In this document: one piece after another, positions 1 to 12,662 of the stretch | Layout of the letters: every line of letters starts with the position of its first letter | Position numbering within the stretch: position 1 is the stretch's first letter | Source: Octopus sinensis | Lineage: Eukaryota | Assembly (NCBI RefSeq): GCF_006345805.1 | Contig: NC_043001.1 | Location: 72,292,001 to 72,356,000 of the forward strand | DNA length: 64,000 nt | Direction: 5' to 3' | Notes under the pieces: model-generated | Database searches by the model: none | What the model was told of the DNA's origin: nothing | What the model saw: only the letters and a program-made list of their open reading frames with translations | Translations under genes and position numbers: made by a program

Positions 1-249
1 CCATTCTTTCTTTTTCTCTCTTCTTTTAATTTTTTTTTTTTGATGATGTAAATAGTGTAAGCAAAAAGATTAACTAAAATGGATGATCCTAAGGTAGTGA
101 AAAACTCAATGGCGAGTTGAACTGCAGAAGTTCTTCAGAGAAGAAGCCCCCTTTATTTCATTCAAGTATTTTAGCCTTAACACCTTATACAAGGAGTCCT
201 TGGATACTCTTTTGCTGTCACATTCTGTGCTACTGTCTGCATAGCAACC

Positions 250-1085
250 TGATCCTTTTCATGTGATCAAGGTGACCCACAGCCATGATACCTTGGATGT
301 CCTAACCCTCTTAGTTCAAGACACCAGTTGATCACAGAGTAAATTATGTCTTCTGAAATTCACACTCATTCCTCCTTGACTAGACCCAGTTAGAACTCTT
401 CTCAGCTGTTTCTGCCATTGCTTTAGAAGCTTTCTTCCTCTTTTCTCCAGAAAATAAAGCTCTTTCATGTGATCATAGGCAGATTTGCCCACAAACCCCT
501 TCTGCTCCCATTTCTAAGGAAGAGACTTTGGCTTGGAAACCTGATTCTCTTAGTTTGGTGGCTAAATGCCATACTTCACAATTTCATAGATGTGGGCTTC
601 CTTTATTCTGCTTTCATGTGGCATAGGAAATTCAGTCAGAATCACTTGCTTTGACGAAAGAGTGGAATACAATATCTGGTCTCATCACTCTTGTAGATGA
701 GGTCTGGGTTATTCTCTCATTCTGGAAAGTCTGTTGTGCACTCCTACTCATCCACTCCTTCCAATAGACACTGCTTACATTATTCAGTTGGTACAACTGT
801 TCCAAGTCACAATCTTTTGCTCTCAACCATTTAGAATGTTGGAGGAACTTCTGGTGGCATCATCTTCCATCTTGTAATACAGATCACATGTAAGATCACA
901 CTTGATTCTGCTTCCACATGTATCTCCCTTAATCTGGCATCACTTTGCATAATCTTAGGATATGTTCTATTGTTTGTTTGTCTTCACCAGATTTGTATTG
1001 AAGGGCAGGAAGTCATATACAGGTCCAAAGATGAAACTGATCCTAAGAAGAGCCATATCCAACATGCCATGTTGATTGATTTCCT
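250..1085 (-). mobile_element. Decayed 3' fragment of an RLE-type non-LTR retrotransposon (HERO/R2-superfamily-like)
   Basis: Broken minus-strand frames give ISFIFGPVYDFLP, TIEHILRLCKV (CCHC-like), RPDIVFHS, KQVILTEF..HESRIKEAH..KY and GFVGKS, the motif order of a C-terminal restriction-like endonuclease. Many stops and frameshifts. Confidence 0.65.
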
Positions 1086-1286
1086 AATTAATACTCTGGA
1101 ATAAAGATTGAATAATAGTAAAGTGAGGTTATGTTTGTCAGAATATTTGACTGGACTGAAGACTTTATTTAGCTGTCTTAAGTCTTCTCTTACACATATT
1201 TATGTTATATATATATCCAATTGTTTATTTTGTTATATATAGATATCTTATTGACCACTATATATATATATATATATGCGCATGTA

Positions 1287-1322
<36 letters not shown>

Positions 1323-1336
1323 CATGTGTTTGTGTA

Positions 1337-1371
<35 letters not shown>

Positions 1372-1404
1372 GTATGTATATACACACACATGTTTATAGT
1401 TGTT

Positions 1405-2339
1405 TTAATGCCTATGTTATGGCAACTAAGGGCCTCTTGCTCAGGATGAAAGATAGACTGTATGATGCATGTGTGCAAACTGCCATGCTACATGGCAGTG
1501 AAACATGGTCCATGACTGCTGAGGACATGCATAGGCTTGAAAGAAATTAAGCTAGTATGATATGCTGGATGTGTAATGTCAGTGTGCATATACGACAGAG
1601 TGTAAGTGCCCTGAGAGAAATGTTAGGCATAAGAAGCATCAAATGTGGTGTGCAAGAGAGACAACTGCACTGGTATGAGGAAGTGCCACTTCTCCCAAGG
1701 GAGACAACTGCGCTGTGAGAGGAAGTGTCACTCCCTATCTGTGGAAGAAACCTGTGGAAGAGGTAGACTCATGAAGACATGGGATGAGGTGGTGAAGCAT
1801 GACCATCGCACATTGGACCTCATAGAGGCAATGACAGGAAACTGAGACCTTTGGAGATATGCTATGATTGAGAAGACCTGGAACTAAAGTGAGATTGCAA
1901 CCATGCACATTCGGCACAGTTAAGTACCCCTGATGCGTTGGGCAATATGATATGCTTGAGAAGACCTGCTGAGTCAAGTAAAACCAATATTGTAGCTGTT
2001 GTCAGGTCCGCCTGACTGGCTCCTGTGCTGGTGGGCCATAAAAAGTACCATCCGAACATGGCGATGCCAATACCCACTAACTGGCCCCCGTGCTGGTGGC
2101 ACGTAAAAAGTACTATTCGAACATGATTGATGCCAGACCCACCTGACTGGCTCCTGTGCTGGTGGCATGAAAAAGAGCACCCACTCCACTCTTGGAGTGG
2201 TTGGTGTTAGGAAGGGCATCCGTCTATAGAAACATTGCCAGATCAGATTGGAACTTGGTGCAACCGCTGGCTCTCCAGACCTCAGTCAAACTGTCCAACC
2301 CATGCTAGCATGGAAAACAAATGTTAAACGATGATGATG
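1405..2339 (+). mobile_element. RTE-clade LINE 3' fragment with 3' UTR and (GAT)n tail
   Basis: Translates LYDACVQTAMLHGSETWSMTAEDM and CGRGRLMKTWDEVVKHD, homologous to the longer copies at 29805-34207 and 59512-62195. Preceded by a (TA)/(TG) microsatellite. Confidence 0.85.
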
Positions 2340-2651
2340 TATATATAAGTATGTCTCCTTGTCGTCACACTGTGCACTAATTGTAAACAAATGTCGCTGT
2401 CATGCATATGGTGTCATTTATATGCAATCTTTCTTGGAAACCTATCTGGCTATTGTGCTGTTTATGTTCAGAGAACTAGAGTAAATATTATCTTGCCTGG
2501 AAACAAGTGGGGGGGTTGATGATGGGAAAAGCATCCAGCTGTAGAAAATCTGCACCAATGAATGATTATGATGATCAGAAGGATAATGATGATGATTAAG
2601 ACGAAGTTGATGATCCAATTTTTCACATTTGTTTTCTTTACTTACTTTCAG

Positions 2652-2763
2652 GTTTATATCTTGTCACATGGTGTGGATTTTGTAACAATCGGAAACCTCC
2701 CAGATCTGGCCATTGTTATGTATGTAGTTCTTGTATATCAGTTCGAGATCATCACTGTGTCTG
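2652..2763 (+). CDS. ZDHHC23: ZDHHC23-like palmitoyltransferase, internal exon with the DHHC cysteine-rich domain (upstream exons lie outside the window)
   Basis: ttcag acceptor and GTAATT donor. Frame reads LYLVTWCGFCNNRKPPRSGHCYVCSSCISVRDHHCV(W), a complete C-x2-C-x9-HC-x2-C-x2-C-x4-DHHC motif. Phase 2 matches the next exon. Not in the supplied ORF track. Confidence 0.92.
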
Positions 2764-2862
2764 GTAATTTTGGATTTCATATTCTTTCTATTTAATCATT
2801 ATTTCAACCATGTGTCATTGGTATTCTTTTCAAACCCATGCTTTAATGTCAACATGCCTAGG

Positions 2863-3020
2863 CATGGCTGTGTGGTAAGAAGCTTGCTTCCCAACCACAT
2901 GTTTCTGGGTTCAGTCCCACTGCATGGGAACTTGGGCAAGTGTCTTCTATTATAGACTTGTGCTGACCAAAGTCTTGTGAGTGGATTTGGTAGACAGAAA
3001 CTAAAAGAAGCCCATTGTAT
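2863..3020 (+). mobile_element. tRNA-head SINE, 5' module (family A here)
   Basis: A/B-box-like head tggctgtgtggtaag...gggttcagtccca followed by (TA)n. About ten related copies occur in the window, e.g. 4585, 5975, 9635, 18380, 27400, 36025, 46905, 48940, 57160. Confidence 0.75.
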
Positions 3021-3441
3021 ATATATATATATATATTTCAACAAATAATCAATGTAAAACTTAATTTATTTAATTTCCATGGAAATGTAGGTCCTTTTTG
3101 TCAGAAACAATTGTCTAGAATTATGGAATAAAATGATAATCCATTTTAACATCTAATCTGCTTCATTTCATTTATTTGATTAAATTTATTGAACTTTGTT
3201 TAATAAATTAAGTCTTATATTGATTATTTGTTTACCTACATTCATATCTATATGATTTAAAAAGTCATAATTAATGTCTGATGAAAAGGCATTAGAAATC
3301 TATGGGAAAAATTCCTATTAAAGGACGAAGATATATTCATCCGGATATATATAATATATGTATTTGTTTCTGTATATGTATATTCTTTTATCTTTTACTT
3401 GTTTCAGTCATTTGACTGCAACCATGCTGGAGGCACTACCT

Positions 3442-3541
3442 NNNNNNNNNNNNNNNNNNNNNNNNNNNNNNNNNNNNNNNNNNNNNNNNNNNNNNNNNNN
3501 NNNNNNNNNNNNNNNNNNNNNNNNNNNNNNNNNNNNNNNNN
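3442..3541. other. Assembly gap (100 N)
   Basis: Run of N. Confidence 1.
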
Positions 3542-3847
3542 CATAAATTTTTTTTTTAGTATAAAGCAGATGTTAAATGAACTAGTGTTTGTAATATTAA
3601 TTAACATGAAATTTTAATGGTAAATTTTAATTTAGATGACTTTAAAAAGTAAGTTTGTATCATAGAACCAGCAGTAGTCTCGGGTAGATTTGTATCAAAA
3701 GAGTTAAAGCATTGTTAAAGTAAATTTTAGCTATATATGTGAATGCATTTGACTATGTTTCAGTGTTGCTGGTATTTCTGAGATGAAGCCCAATTGCCAA
3801 AGGTTGTAACACTAGTATAACTATTTCATATCTTATTGCCCTTTATG

Positions 3848-4160
3848 TGGAAGCACAATGGCCAAGTGGTTAGGACAGCGGACTCGCAGTCAGAGGATTG
3901 CGGTTTCGATTCCCAGACTGGGTGTTGTGTGTGTTTATTGAGCGAAAACACCTAAAAGCTCCACGAGGCTCCAGTAGGAGGTGGTGGTGACCCCTGTTGT
4001 ACTCTTTCACTACAACTTTCTCTCACTTTCTCTTCCTGTTTCTTGAGTAATGCTGCAATGGACTGGTGTCATGTCCAGCTGGGGGGTACACATATGCCAC
4101 ATAAACTGGGAAACCAGGCCCATGAGCCTGGCTAGGCTTGAAAAGGGCGACATTTATTGT
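3848..4160 (+). mobile_element. tRNA-derived SINE of a different family
   Basis: A box tggccaagtggtt, B box ggtttcgattccc, and a central gatggactggtgtcatgtccagc-like segment. Confidence 0.65.
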
Positions 4161-5581
4161 TATTGCCCTTTATATCAAGTAATGCAGAATAGATTGTCTT
4201 TGATCTTAGACCTGCTAGACCAGGGCTCACCTGGGACTAAGTAGCAATGACAGTGACCAGAACCATGTTGAATCTTACACATTCATTGTATGTATTGCAT
4301 GATAGTGTCTCTGTAAAAGATGGCTCCTGACATCTAGGCTAAATCACCAAATATTTATTTTGATGGTATTCTGAGTTACTTTCCCAATACAGATTAATTT
4401 ATCACTAGTTTTGTGATAACGTTGTTGTAACTGTTTTGTTTTTTGACTCAGTCAGGGTGTGGAGAGTACCCTTGACTCTTCTTGGGGTCTCTGAAACTAG
4501 TTGTGGTGTAGGAGTAAAAAAAAGAAAAACAAGAAGTTATTTTCAACAGGAGTTCTGGCCCAAATTCTTGTAAAAGGAGTAGTTTTGGTTTCAGTCCTGC
4601 TGTGTGGCACTTTGGCCAAGTGCCTTCTAATATAACTTTGGCTTGACCTAAGCCTTGTGGGTGGATCTGGTAGATGGAAACTGAGAAAAAAACCCATTAT
4701 GTGTGTGTGTGTAGATAAATACATGCCTACATATACATTACACACACACATATTCAAGTGTGGTCGATGCCAGTACTGCCTGACTGGCACCTGTGCCAGT
4801 GGAACGTAAAAAGCAGCATTCGAGCATGGCCGATGCCAGTGTTGCCTGACTTGCTCCTGTGCCGATGGCATGTAAGAGCACCATTTGAGCGTGGTTGATG
4901 TTAGGAAGGGCATCCAGCTGTAGAAACCTTGCCAAATCAGATTGGAGCCTGGTGCAGCCTCCCGGCTTGGCAGTTCTCAGTCAAACAGTCCAGCCCATGC
5001 CAGCATGTTAAACAGTGATAATGATGATGATGATGATCTATAAAACCCATCAGATTAACCCTTTAGCATTTAAATCACCCATATCCGACCCAAATGTTCT
5101 ATCTGTTTTATGTTCAAACCAGCCAAACCCAGTCTCTCACACCTACCTTACAATGTCATTTAAAAAAATGCAATCACATCATTCAAATCTCAAAGCTCTG
5201 AGATAAATGCATAATTAATTCAAAACATTAATTATGGACATGTTTCTGGATTAGAATCATAAGATTCATTTCTGTTATCAACATAATACTTTGATAAATA
5301 AATCTGAAGATGCTAGGAAAACTTAACCCCTATATTTCTGACCAAGCGTCATCAGAACATATAAAAGCTAATCAGCATATTGACATTTATATAGACGAGT
5401 GGAATCGAAGACTGTTTGATTTCATTGTTTTTCTTCTTTTTTGCCATGGGTGAGTTACAAATTTTGTTGTCTGTGGAGACATATTTTTGTAGAGAAAGGA
5501 AATAGTAGTCTTTTGGCTGCTATTTCTAAAATTTTCGGTATGTGGTCAAGCAACTTGTTGCTAAACCCTTATTGTTATAAT

Positions 5582-5650
<69 letters not shown>

Positions 5651-5731
5651 GTATATTATGCACACACTTACACACCACACACACACATACACATACGCAA
5701 ATAGATATTTATACATACACACATATATATC

Positions 5732-5912
5732 TCTTTTACTCTTTTACTTGTTTCAGTCATGTGATTGTGGCCATGCTGGAGCACTGCCTTTAGTCGAGTA
5801 AATCAACCCCAAGACTTATTCTTTGTAAGCCTAGTACTTATTCTATTGGTCTCTTTTGCCAAACCGCTAAGTTACAGGGACGTAAACACATCAGCATTGG
5901 TTGTCAAGCGAT

Positions 5913-5972
<60 letters not shown>

Positions 5973-6135
5973 GTATACGACGGGATTCTTTCAGTTTTCG
6001 TCTACCAAATCCACTCACAAGGCTTTGGTCGGCCCAAGGCTATAGTAGAAGACACTTGCCCAAGATGCCACACAGTGGGACTGAACCCGGAACCATGTGG
6101 TTCACAAGCAAGCTACTTACCACACAGCCACTCCT
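5732..6135 (-). mobile_element. Composite SINE: tRNA head (A) + internal microsatellite + LINE-like tail module (B)
   Basis: The same A-(CA/TA)n-B order recurs at 18170-18540, and in interrupted form at 6375-9785 and 36025-36695. Confidence 0.75.
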
Positions 6136-6606
6136 ACTTGGAGGGTCTCCTGTATCAGGACTGCATCATCTATATATTTTGTATACCATGTATACTTTTC
6201 ATCTCATTTCTCCACCACTCGCCCTTTCTTCCCATTCCCTAATTTTATAACCTCTACACAGACTCTATCTTGACAGAATCATTAAAGTGCCTGACAAAAT
6301 GTTTGCTGGTATTTATTTTGGTTCTTTATGTTCTGAGTTCAAATTCCTCTGAGCTTGACTGCTTTTCATCCTCTCTCTTTACTCTTTTACTTGTTTCAGT
6401 CAGTTGACTGTGGCCATGCTAGAGCACCGCCTTTAGTCGAGCAACTCGACCCCGGGACTTATTCTTTGTAAGCCCAGTACTTATTCTATTGGTCTCTTTT
6501 GCCAAACCACTAAGTGACGGGGACATAAACACACCAGCATCGGTTGTCAAGCAATGCTAGGGGGACAAACACAGACACACAAACATACACGCACATATAT
6601 ATATAT

Positions 6607-9600
6607 GATTGATTGATTGATTGATTCTAGTTTCAGCTTATGAGCTGTGGCCATGCTGGGGCACCGCCATTTGGTGTTGCTACTTGGTTTCACTTCATGG
6701 AGGCTTTCTAGCAACTGCTATTTGGTGCATGAGAGAGTTCGATGCAGCTGCCCTCATCTGCCCCTCCTGCCGTGAAGTTGGTTCATCTGGGACACCTGAC
6801 AGGAAGAGATCCAGCTTCATTTTAAAGACATCTGTATCCACCCCATGCAGGTCTCTCAGGTTCTTCGGGAGGATATTGAAGAGCTGTGGGCCTCGGAAGC
6901 CCAGGCTATCACAGAATCTTGTCCTACATCTTGATGGCAAGTTTGGAGTCCTAGGCACCATGCAGTGGCGCCCAGTTCTGGCGTTTGCGTAACTCTCGAT
7001 GCCAAAGTTCAGGACACTTCCCTCCAGGATCTTCCAGATGTATATTATGGCATATCTTTCCCGCCTACGCTCCAGGGAATATAATTTTAATCTCTTGAGT
7101 CTTCCCAGTAGCTTACATTCTGCATAGAGGCTATCTTCTTCGTGTAGCTTCGTTGGATCGCCTCAAGTTCTGTGATCAACTTGACACTGGATGGTGACCA
7201 TAGCTGAGAGCAATAGTCAAAGTGGCTTAGGACAAGTGTCTTCCAGAGGACCATCATGGTTTCTTGTTTTCTTGTTCTAAAGGTTCTAAGAATCCATCGA
7301 GCCAGCCGTCTACATTTCATTGTCAGTTTAGCAACATGTACATGAAAGGTCGCGTCATCACTCATGTGAATACCCAGGTCACGCACTGATTGTGCCTCTG
7401 GGATTGCAATCCCTCCGGGTCCAGTGTATTCATTGGGTATTGCATTCAGTTTTGCATGCTGATAGTATAAAGCTTGAAACTTTCCAGCATTGAACTGCAT
7501 GCTATTCTTTTCAGCCCACTTGTATATTTCGTCCAGCTCACATTGCAGGTGTTTAGTGTCCTCAGGGTTCTGTATTTCCTGTGAAACTTTTGTATCATCT
7601 GCATAACTTGTGATCGTGGCTCTCTGCGTGGCTGAGGGCATGTCTGAGAGGGCCATTATGAACAGTAGTGGTCCCAGAACAGTGCCCTGCGGAACACCGC
7701 TCACTATTTGTGTGTTAATGGAGGTGGCCCCATTGGCTACTACCACCTGACTTCTATCCTTCAGAAAGTCATGAAGCCATTCTCCCAGTTTTCCAACTAT
7801 GTTGAGATCACGCAGTTTGTGACATATCATTCCATGATCGACTTTATCAAAGGCCTTTGCAAAGTCGAGATATATCACTTCCACATTTGAGTGGTTGAGC
7901 AGCCGTTTCAGCACCCAGTCGTAGTGTTGTAGGAGCTGAGTTAAACAGCTTCTCCCTGGTCGGAAACCATGTTGGGTGTCGGGCAGCAAGTTATTCTCTT
8001 CAAGGAAGGTGATCAGCTTCCTTCTGACTATTCGTTCCATGACCTTGCTGATGTGTGAGGTCAGAGAGATAGGTCTATAGTTCTTGGCTTCCGCTCTGCT
8101 ACCTCCTTTATGAATGGGGCATATTTTACCTTCCTTCAGTTTTCCTGGAAGTTTGCCAGCTGCAAGGAAGCTCTGAAAGAGGAACTGCAGTGGTCTTGCT
8201 AGGACTCTCTTACATGCTTTTAGGAGGATTGCCGGGAATCCATCGGGGCAGTAGCTGAGTCTGTTTTCATTTCATCTATAGCCTTGGTTACATCGTCTTC
8301 CTTTATATCGATGTAATCTATCGTCGCCGCCTCTGATTTTATATCTGCAGTGGTAAAAAAGTCAGTTGGATTGGTGATTTGGAGATGCCCAAGGGGTGGA
8401 GTGAAAACACTCTTGAATTGCTCATTCAGTATTCACTTACTCTCATTGGTTTTCCTGTAAGTGTGCCATCCTTTTCGAGGAGTGGCCCTATTCTACAGTG
8501 CACTGTAGCTGTTTCTTTGGCATACCTGTAGAAAGCTCTGGGGTTAGATTTTATGTTTTCTATAGCCCAGGCTTCTTTGTCTGCTCTTTTTTTTCATGGG
8601 AGAGTTGCAGACATTTTTCGATTTCCAACAGTTTTATTTTTAGGCGGGACTTTTCACTGCTTTCAATCTGTTTGTTTAGGCGATTTGAAAATTTTGTACG
8701 CCGTCTCATTAAAATTTTCCTCTCTCTGGGGATTTTGTTCTTGTGTACAGTGGCCTTTCTCTCTGGGACACATTTGTAGCATATGGCTTGCATTACAGAC
8801 ATGAATTGTTGAAGTTTCACGTCGATGTCTGGCGAGGAGAGACATTTAGGCCAGTTTTGTTTGAGGATCTCTTTCTCAATTTGTTTCCAGTTTGCCTTAT
8901 GGTAGTTCAAGCTGAAAGATTTTGAGGGTTTCTTGTAGGCTGCATGTCAGTGCTCTCTTTTGGCCCGTACATGGTCAGCTCTATCATGTTGTGATCCGAG
9001 AGTAGTGTCGGTGTCACTTTCACATTATGGATGAGATCCATGTCATTTGTGAAGCAGAGATCCAGTGTGTTACCTGCCCTGGTTGGTTGGAGTATTACCT
9101 GCTCCATGTACAGGGTGTTGATGAGGTTCAGGAGGGACCTCGCCTGTCCTCGTTCACATCTTGTCATTCCTGGGAGAGAAAGGCCCTCGGGCCATCTGAC
9201 ATTGGGCAGATTGAAGTCTCCCATAAGAAGCACACCTATGTGTTGTTCTAATGTGGTTAGAATTTCTTCTATTTTTAAGGCAGTCTTCAAACTTGCCCAC
9301 ATGGCTTGGGGCATCTGGAGGGCGATATGTAGCACACACAACTACATCAATTTGCTTAATATGTACAATTAGTGTGTCACACACCGAGTTTGAGTATGAC
9401 AAGAGGACCTGGGGTGTGAGGTCCTCACGGATGTACATAGCAACACCTCCATGACTCCTTTCTTTCCTGTCGGTCCGTAGTACAGCATACTGTGGTATGT
9501 GTAACTCCGCATCTGCTATGTCCGGTTTCAGGTGCGTTTCTGTAAGTGCTATGCATATGGCTTGATTGCATGCAACAAAGTCTCTCAGGAACGGGATCTT

Positions 9601-9612
9601 TGTCCTGTTACT
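6607..9612 (-). mobile_element. CR1/L2-group LINE (APE endonuclease + RT), frameshifted, with (AATC)n tail
   Basis: EN motifs IALTETHL, RTDRKERSHGGVA and LMGDFNLP; RT motifs QHGFRPGRSCLTQLL, YLDFAKAFDKV, GVPQGTVLGPLLF and YADDTK (ORF 7087-8040). Several frameshifts. Inserted in the microsatellite of a composite SINE. Confidence 0.92.
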
Positions 9613-10264
9613 ATATATACATATATACATATATACGATGGGCTTCTTTCAGTTTCCGTCTACCAAATCCACTCTCAAGGCTTTGGTCGGCCCGAGGCTA
9701 TTGTAGAAGACACTTGCCACGCAGTGGGACTGAACCCGGAACCATGTGGTTGGTAAGCAAGCTACTTACCACACAGCCACTCCTGCACCTGCTTAGGTTG
9801 ATAAAATAAGTACCAGCTAAGCACTGGGGGCAATGAACAGTTCCCCTAAAATTGCTGCCTTGTGCCAAAATTTGAAACTGTTATTATTTTGTTATCATTA
9901 TTATTATGATTATTATTATTTGTGTCTGAATCAATAGGATGTTTGTTTGCAACTTGTAAGTTTCCTTTAAAATTTGTTGTTTTATTAGTTGGTATTCCAA
10001 ATTTTAAAAAACTATTAACTAAATAACCCAGCTCTCTGCAAATGGGGTGAACTGGCCTAGTGAGAATTCACCTCTTAAGGGTGAATTTTGAGATTTTAAA
10101 TTGCAAATTTAATGCTTTAAAACAAAAAATATCAATATGGCTTTCCAACTTAAAGAAGCGAAGGCTGTTGGAACAGCTGCTTTGACATTGCTTTCCCACC
10201 ATTAGAAGATGTGGTCGGAAAAGAAAGTACAGAGAGCAGCAGCAACAACAACAGCAACAGTAAA

Positions 10265-11720
10265 CTTATAGATCTGGCTGGAACTGTCCTAAAGGAATAC
10301 AAGGTGGTGACAGGAGTAAAAATTGAGCAAGAAAATCAGTGATCTCGCAGTTTGGCACCTGGAGAGGCCATCCAATGACATTGTGGGACACTGGATGGGA
10401 GGACTGGTTAAATTGCTCAGGGTTTGGTTTGGTCTGGATTTCCAGGTGGAGAAGAACTGGGATGAAATGATGAGCAAGGTGGCCAGTTTCATCCAGAAAT
10501 GGGCCAAGAGGTTGAGTAGAAGTTACAAATACTTACATCATGTCCATTATATATAATCACCTGACCATTGTGCCTTGCCCCACTTTATGTCTGACCAAAG
10601 TAGAACACATGCTTTTCTGTTTTCTGTGGAAGGGACATATTCCACTGGTCAGGTGCTCCATTTGCTGTTAACACCTGCTGAATGGAGGGCTGGGTATGTC
10701 ATGACTGTTGATGTACAGACATGTGCTGAGGCTACGACACATCCAGCAATTCCTTGATGGGGATCAGGTATGGTTGCTGTTTATCAGACAAGATTTTCCA
10801 CAGCTTGTCTCTTTGACCGAGATGCAGTCCTCAATCCAATGTAGACCAAAGTAGGGTGCCTGGCACCTAGAGTGCTGTCAGGCACTCACAATCCTCTGTT
10901 AGTCAGGCAATGTTGTCATAGAATTTCCACTCTGGCATTCTATAGAGGGTAAGTGTTGGGCAAGTGTGACAACATTCTCAGGGAGACTCTGGGTGTTGAG
11001 GAGAATCAACTGGCTGGTTTGTTCTCGGGGACTTTCGGGCTGGGGCCTATGGTTGATTTCCAGAAATCCTTAGCTGGGCAGTGCTACAAGGGGCCGTTAC
11101 TGGTTTGGGATAAACTCTACAGACATGGAAGTGATGTGAGCCAGACTTGCTTGTGAAGTGCACAGAGTGTTCTACACACTCTTGTCCAGTGCTTAAACAT
11201 TTCTACCTTGTCAGTTTATGCTGTCATGTGTAAGATGGATTGAGCTATCAGTTGAGCCCATTGTGAAGATTAGCCCACTGCTTTCCTTTAGCTGGGAAGG
11301 GAAGGCAGTGTTTCTTTGTCTGGTAGCTTTAGCAAAAGAGGTTGTGTGGTGAAACAGATTGAACTCTTCAGCTAAGCCCTCAACTTTTTGAAGTTTCACT
11401 TGAAAAGGTAAGTGAGGGTAGCAAAAGTAGTGTTGTCTCACAGCAATTTTGTTAAAAGATGGGTGAATGTTGCAAGCTCGGTCTGATTGAAAAGGCTTAC
11501 TCTTAACATGTGCTTGTAGGTTGAAGGAGGACAATGTTGAGAGGGTGCTTGCCCTAGTGGTCAGGGTGACCGAAGTTTGGTGGGGTCTCTATTAGCAGCC
11601 CTAGGAAGTCTCCCTCTTTTGGGAATTATTCATTGTAACTATTTTTTAAACTTTTTACATACCTTTTATGTAACCCCACATTGTATTGTCCTGTACCACC
11701 ACCATGTGAACCCTTAATGG
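10265..11720 (+). mobile_element. Decayed L1/Tx1-like LINE 3' fragment
   Basis: Frames give YKVVTGVKI..KS, WMGGLVKLLRVWFGLDFQVEKNW..KV...W.KRLS and FHLK.K.RV, typical of the L1/Tx1 ORF2 C-terminal half. Confidence 0.6.
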
Positions 11721-11934
11721 TTAATAAAGAAAACATACTTTATGTTTAAATTTCTGAATTTTTATCACTTCTTATTTTGAACTTGACAAAGACAGATATA
11801 CTGTTGAAATATCGTTCAATAAAATAACCTACAATCGAATCGCGCTCTTCGTCTTGACTGTTTACCTTTGTGAAGAGTTACGTCAATTCTTTTTTAAAAA
11901 TATATTATTATTGTTATTGTTATTATTATTATTC

Positions 11935-12590
11935 TCGTTCAGTGACTGGGCATTGCTGACTTGTTGGGTTATGTTGAACAGCTGCTGTCATGTAGGACGG
12001 ATCTGTCTGTCAGCCAAATCTGTAGTGATGATTGCTATACTGTCTCCTTCAATCGGGCAGGCAAGGCAGTTTTCCTTTGGTGGATAAGGCTGAAAGGCAT
12101 GAGGACAGATATATTCCTCTTTGGTAGATCTCACATTGACTTCTTCAAGTTTCACTTGAAAAGGAAATTGAGGGTGGAGAGGGAAGTGTTCTCCTCGAGC
12201 GAGTTTGTTGCAATGTGGGTGAAAGTTGCAAAAATGGTAAGAGTGGATGGTACCTCTCTTAGTGTAGACCTATTAGTCAGAGACAAGGAATTGGAGAGGG
12301 TACTTGCTCCTGGGGTTTCCGGGAAATCTCAGACAGTGGGGTTCCTCTATTATCCCTAGAGGCCTTCCTGTACCAGAAAGGTCACATCTCTATTATCCTC
12401 CCTGCCATTTTTTAAAAACCTTTGTATGCTATTCATATGTCCCTTCCTTTTCAGTGTATACCATGTATACTTTCTTTCTTTTCATCATTTCATTATATGG
12501 GAACCCCAACACTTTATATCTGTCTTTGTATTGTCCCCTTCATCCTTCGCCCTTGTGGCAAATAAATGAAATCATTATTATTATTGTTGT
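11935..12590 (+). mobile_element. Second L1/Tx1-like 3' end fragment
   Basis: ORF 11961-12359 (FFKFHLKRKLRVEREVFSSSEF..W.KVA) is paralogous to the segment near 11390. Confidence 0.55.
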
Positions 12591-12662
12591 TTCCAGATTA
12601 AATTTTTAAAATGAATTTAACAAACTACATCTTTCCTTTATTCTCTTGTTTTCAAACTATAG

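Noticed and set aside
1202-1550. ORFs rich in YI/CV/HT dipeptides (also near 5441, 14907, 18727, 49529, 54118, 63016)
   Set aside because: Translations of (TA)n, (TG)n and (CA)n microsatellites.
2562-2795. 77-aa plus-strand ORF overlapping the DHHC exon
   Set aside because: Wrong frame; the DHHC motif is in a different frame bounded by splice sites.
3848-3920. tRNA gene
   Set aside because: It has A/B boxes but no complete cloverleaf and continues into SINE body; the same applies to the other tRNA-like heads.
5300-5460. CTGAAGA/TCATCAG words and a GTGAG donor at 5449
   Set aside because: No GAAA or stem III in hammerhead register. As an exon it cannot fit between the TG|G-split DHHC exons without breaking the conserved DHHCxWxNNC motif.
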